Shown: in pieces, positions 61,018 through 64,000 of the stretch
Layout of the letters: each line of letters begins with the position of its first letter
How positions within the stretch are numbered: the stretch's first letter is position 1
From: Candidatus Bathyarchaeia archaeon
Lineage (GTDB): Archaea; Thermoproteota; Bathyarchaeia; Bathyarchaeales; Bathycorpusculaceae
NCBI GenBank assembly: GCA_049521795.1
Contig: JBEKOM010000001.1
Coordinates: forward strand, 416,001-480,000
Length of the DNA stretch: 64,000 bases
Direction of reading: 5' to 3'
Made by a program: the position numbers and the translations under genes
The notes under the pieces: model-generated
Told to the model about the DNA's origin: nothing
The model's input: the letters and a program-made list of their open reading frames with translations, nothing else
Databases searched by the model: none

Positions 61018-61854
61018 CTAGTCTTTTCTGGAGACGAAGATCAGTTCTTTCGCTTCGGGTTTCCTTGGCGGCTTGATCTTCCAGTCGGGGTAGCAGTTGA
61101 TCTCTTTGAAGCCTGTTGCCTGAAGGTAGTGGACGATGTCCCAGTAGGTGAAGAGCCGCTCGCGTTCGCGGTCTCGGAAGACGTGTGTGCCATCGGGAGC
61201 CTCGATTATGCTAGTCTCCTGGTCCCAAGCCGCACAATGGATCGGATCAAAGTCATGGCGTCGACAGATAGTCGTGATGCGTACACCGCGAGCGTGGGAT
61301 TCTTCAACATGAAGCCCTTTACGGATCAACTCTGAGAACCAGCCCTTACCCGCATACAAAGAATTGTAGATGTTGCAGACGAGTATGCCGCCTGACCTTA
61401 GGGCGCGGTGGATCTGGCGCAGACTGTTCACAACGTCATCATCGTTTGGAAGGAGAAAGAGTATGTAGAGTGCAAGCCCTGCGTCAAACTCATTCTGATA
61501 CTCTAGTCTCGTAGCATCACCCTTCAATAGCTTCAGGGAAACTCCTTCACGTTTGGCTCTGGCTTTGGCTATCTCGACTCTTTCAGGAGTGTAGTCTAGT
61601 CCAGTGCATCGGTAGCCTCGGTGCGCGAGCCCGACTATGTGTCGGCCGTTTCCACACGCAACGTCCAATACGTCCTTAACTGGATGGGTAGCATGAGTGC
61701 GGCAGGTAGATTCAAGGAAGTCGAGCTGACGTTTTGTGGTTTCAGCGGTTCGTCGCTGTCGCTGAGCCAGAAGGTCTTCGTAGTAGGCTAGGTGAGTGTA
61801 GTAAGCGCGAGAGGCTTTCAGAACAGTCTCTCTTGTGTTTTCGTTTTGGTTCAT
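61018..61854 (-). CDS. Class I SAM-dependent methyltransferase
   Basis: VLDVACGNGRH, GLD, GDAT and ALRSGG motifs. Confidence 0.88.
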   Translation of the reverse strand: MNQNENTRETVLKASRAYYTHLAYYEDLLAQRQRRTAETTKRQLDFLESTCRTHATHPVKDVLDVACGNGRHIVGLAHRGYRCTGLDYTPERVEIAKARAKREGVSLKLLKGDATRLEYQNEFDAGLALYILFLLPNDDDVVNSLRQIHRALRSGGILVCNIYNSLYAGKGWFSELIRKGLHVEESHARGVRITTICRRHDFDPIHCAAWDQETSIIEAPDGTHVFRDRERERLFTYWDIVHYLQATGFKEINCYPDWKIKPPRKPEAKELIFVSRKD

Positions 61855-62064
61855 GATGTCAGGTCTGATTCCCCTCGGAATATAAGATTTCTGAGAGGCA
61901 GCAGATTGAAATTGCGTGCCAAGGCCTAAGCGCGCTGGTCAGAAAAGGGAAATGGTCAGAACCGTTGGAGGTTTGTCTGTAGTGCGATGGTGAGACCTCT
62001 CACTCAACTTCGGGTTAAGAGATGTGTCCTTTGGGCTGTTCATAAGAATTTTCCAACATTGTCT

Positions 62065-63324
62065 CTAAAACTGCAGTTTTCTTGCGGAGCCTTCTCTCAC
62101 GTCACCGGCCAGTATGAGGGCGGTCCTTTCCGGTCTGGACATTTCTGCGACATTCTTTTTGAATTCGCTGAATTCCAGTGTTTCAAGCTGCGCGGATAGT
62201 TCGTCCCATCCGCAGTGTCCTCTTCTGAGGGTTTCCCATGCGCCTTGGAGTGTTCTATACATCATTGTGTTGTCGATGTTTGTTGCGAGTAAGCCGATTG
62301 CGTGGTTGCGGGCGTTTTCGAAGTGTTCCTTGAACGTGTCTGTGTCTTCTCTCAGCTCGCTCAGTGTTTCAATCAAGATGTTTAAGACTCTTGATGCCTT
62401 GTCTGGCCGCGTGGCGAACGTTGTGAATAGCATGCCAGCTTCCTTGTAGCACGATGTGACCGTGCGGAGTTTGTCGGTGAGCTGCGCTTCCAAGACGAGG
62501 CGTCGGCGCAGTATTGATGATTGACCAGAGGAGAGCATGGACCCGAGAATCTGAAGCGATGCCCTTTCTTCCGCGGAGCCTGTTTGGCCGCTTAGTGCCA
62601 GACCGACTTGGAGAAGTTTTATCGGGCGGCGAAGCTCTGTTGCTGAGGGCCCTTGAGGCTGAAACTTCTTGTAGGAGATAGCTGGGCCCTTCACGCTTCT
62701 CGTCCAGTAGTCGTGATTCTTGACGCAGTCGATGACGTTCTCCAATGTTAGGTCGCCGGAGACCCATACGACCGTGTTAGATGGGCTGTAGAGGGAGCGG
62801 AAATAATCGTGCATTTTGGAGTGTGTTATGGCTTTTATGGTTTCTTCGGAGCCGATCACCGTCGTAGACAGGGGATGTTCTTTGAACAGGGTCAGTGTGG
62901 CGGTCTTATCAACGAGGGAGTCAGGGTTGTCTTCCGTGATGAAGTATTCGCTGAGGATGACGCCTCTTTCGCATTCGAACTCTTCGGGTTCGATGGAAGC
63001 CTCGGACAAGAGGTGCAGCCAGAGGTCGAGCACTCTGATGGAGTATTTCTTGGGGCATTCTGCGACGTATACTGTTGTGTCGACCTCGGTCATGGCGTTG
63101 TTTCTGGCGCCGAGCTTCTCAAAGGTCGCGTCAACATTCTTGACGGTTTTTGTTCCTTTGAAGATCATATGCTCAAGGTAGTGCGAGATTCCGGATACAT
63201 GAGGTTCCTCGGTGCGGCCTCCTACTGGGAAACCGACGGCGACGCCCGCCGACTTTGCCTTGGGCAGTTTTTCTAGGACTAGTTGCAGTCCGTTGGAGAA
63301 CTTGTGAGTTTCAGTGTCGGTCAT
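62065..63324 (-). CDS. M16 family zinc peptidase
   Basis: GISHYLEHMIFKGT, NAMT and ERGVILSE motifs. Confidence 0.9.
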   Translation of the reverse strand: MTDTETHKFSNGLQLVLEKLPKAKSAGVAVGFPVGGRTEEPHVSGISHYLEHMIFKGTKTVKNVDATFEKLGARNNAMTEVDTTVYVAECPKKYSIRVLDLWLHLLSEASIEPEEFECERGVILSEYFITEDNPDSLVDKTATLTLFKEHPLSTTVIGSEETIKAITHSKMHDYFRSLYSPSNTVVWVSGDLTLENVIDCVKNHDYWTRSVKGPAISYKKFQPQGPSATELRRPIKLLQVGLALSGQTGSAEERASLQILGSMLSSGQSSILRRRLVLEAQLTDKLRTVTSCYKEAGMLFTTFATRPDKASRVLNILIETLSELREDTDTFKEHFENARNHAIGLLATNIDNTMMYRTLQGAWETLRRGHCGWDELSAQLETLEFSEFKKNVAEMSRPERTALILAGDVREGSARKLQF

Positions 63325-64000
63325 TCTGTTCCCTCTCTCAGTGTTTCTGCGAGGTTTTTCATGCTCGGCGGTTTGCCTGCGATGCTTAGCGACACTCGGG
63401 AGGCGGTGAGAGATTTTTCTGCGACTTTTCTGATGTTTTCAGGCGTGACCGCTTCGATTTTCGACATGTAGGATTCAGGGTTTGTTTCTGCTCCTCGGAA
63501 GAGGTTCAGGGCCAGCCAGGTGGAGGCTCGAGAGGGCACTTCTAGCATTGTTTCGGTGACTTGTCGGTGCAGGGTTTTCAGTTTTTTCAGGCTTTTTTCG
63601 GGCAGGGCCTTGTCGCGTAAGTCTTTCATGCACCTGAGCGTGAGACGAAGCGCTTCCGAGACTTTTTCGTGCTTCACACCTGCCTGAGCAGTTAGTAAGC
63701 CGCAGTCTTTGAGGGCGAAGAGCCTTGAGCCTGCGAAGTATGTTAATCCTCTCTTTTCACGAAGCTCCTTGAACAAGGTTCCAGCATAATGTCGCTCGCA
63801 GCCTAAATAGTCCTCGAGAAGCAGCAGCACCGGGTAGTCAGGGGAAGAAGCGCCCGCCGTCACTGCTCCCACCGTGAAGGTTGTCTGCTGTGCTTGAAGC
63901 AAGGTTCGGAGAACGTTGAATTCTCGCCTAGGACCCGACGTAATTTTTTCTGGCGACGTTTCAAGTGAAACGTTTTCAAACGAAGAGGTGGCCCAGTCGA
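63321..64000 (-). CDS. M16 family peptidase, C-terminal part (5'-partial)
   Basis: LFKELREKRGLTY and IEAVTPENIRKVA motifs; frame is open to the window end. Confidence 0.82.
   Translation of the reverse strand, partial: DWATSSFENVSLETSPEKITSGPRREFNVLRTLLQAQQTTFTVGAVTAGASSPDYPVLLLLEDYLGCERHYAGTLFKELREKRGLTYFAGSRLFALKDCGLLTAQAGVKHEKVSEALRLTLRCMKDLRDKALPEKSLKKLKTLHRQVTETMLEVPSRASTWLALNLFRGAETNPESYMSKIEAVTPENIRKVAEKSLTASRVSLSIAGKPPSMKNLAETLREGTE

Overview
Archaeal chromosomal segment. The gene content (TFE, aMBF1, Trm56, NAC, archaeal ThrRS/ProRS, tungsten AOR, DUF2110) and style suggest Bathyarchaeia, which is an inference. Bases 1-17.5 kb hold a surface-glycan cluster with a nonulosonic (legionaminic-like) acid pathway, ending at tRNA-Val(TAC). 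Bases 17.7-26.5 kb are an accessory region. There, single genes (a PD-(D/E)XK-like protein, an atypical Fpg/Nei-like protein, and two basic microproteins missing from the ORF track) are separated by copies of a dispersed non-palindromic repeat, giving a cassette-like array. Bases 27.6-36 kb are a conserved information-processing cluster. Bases 36-58 kb cover amino-acid and central carbon metabolism, including a tdh-kbl-ygfA-gcvH run interrupted by a three-gene block flanked by a 16-bp direct repeat. Bases 58-64 kb carry Fic, a RelE-type toxin-antitoxin pair, a methyltransferase and two M16 peptidases. I saw no integrase, transposase, CRISPR array or rRNA. All product calls come from motifs recognised by eye; no searches were run.
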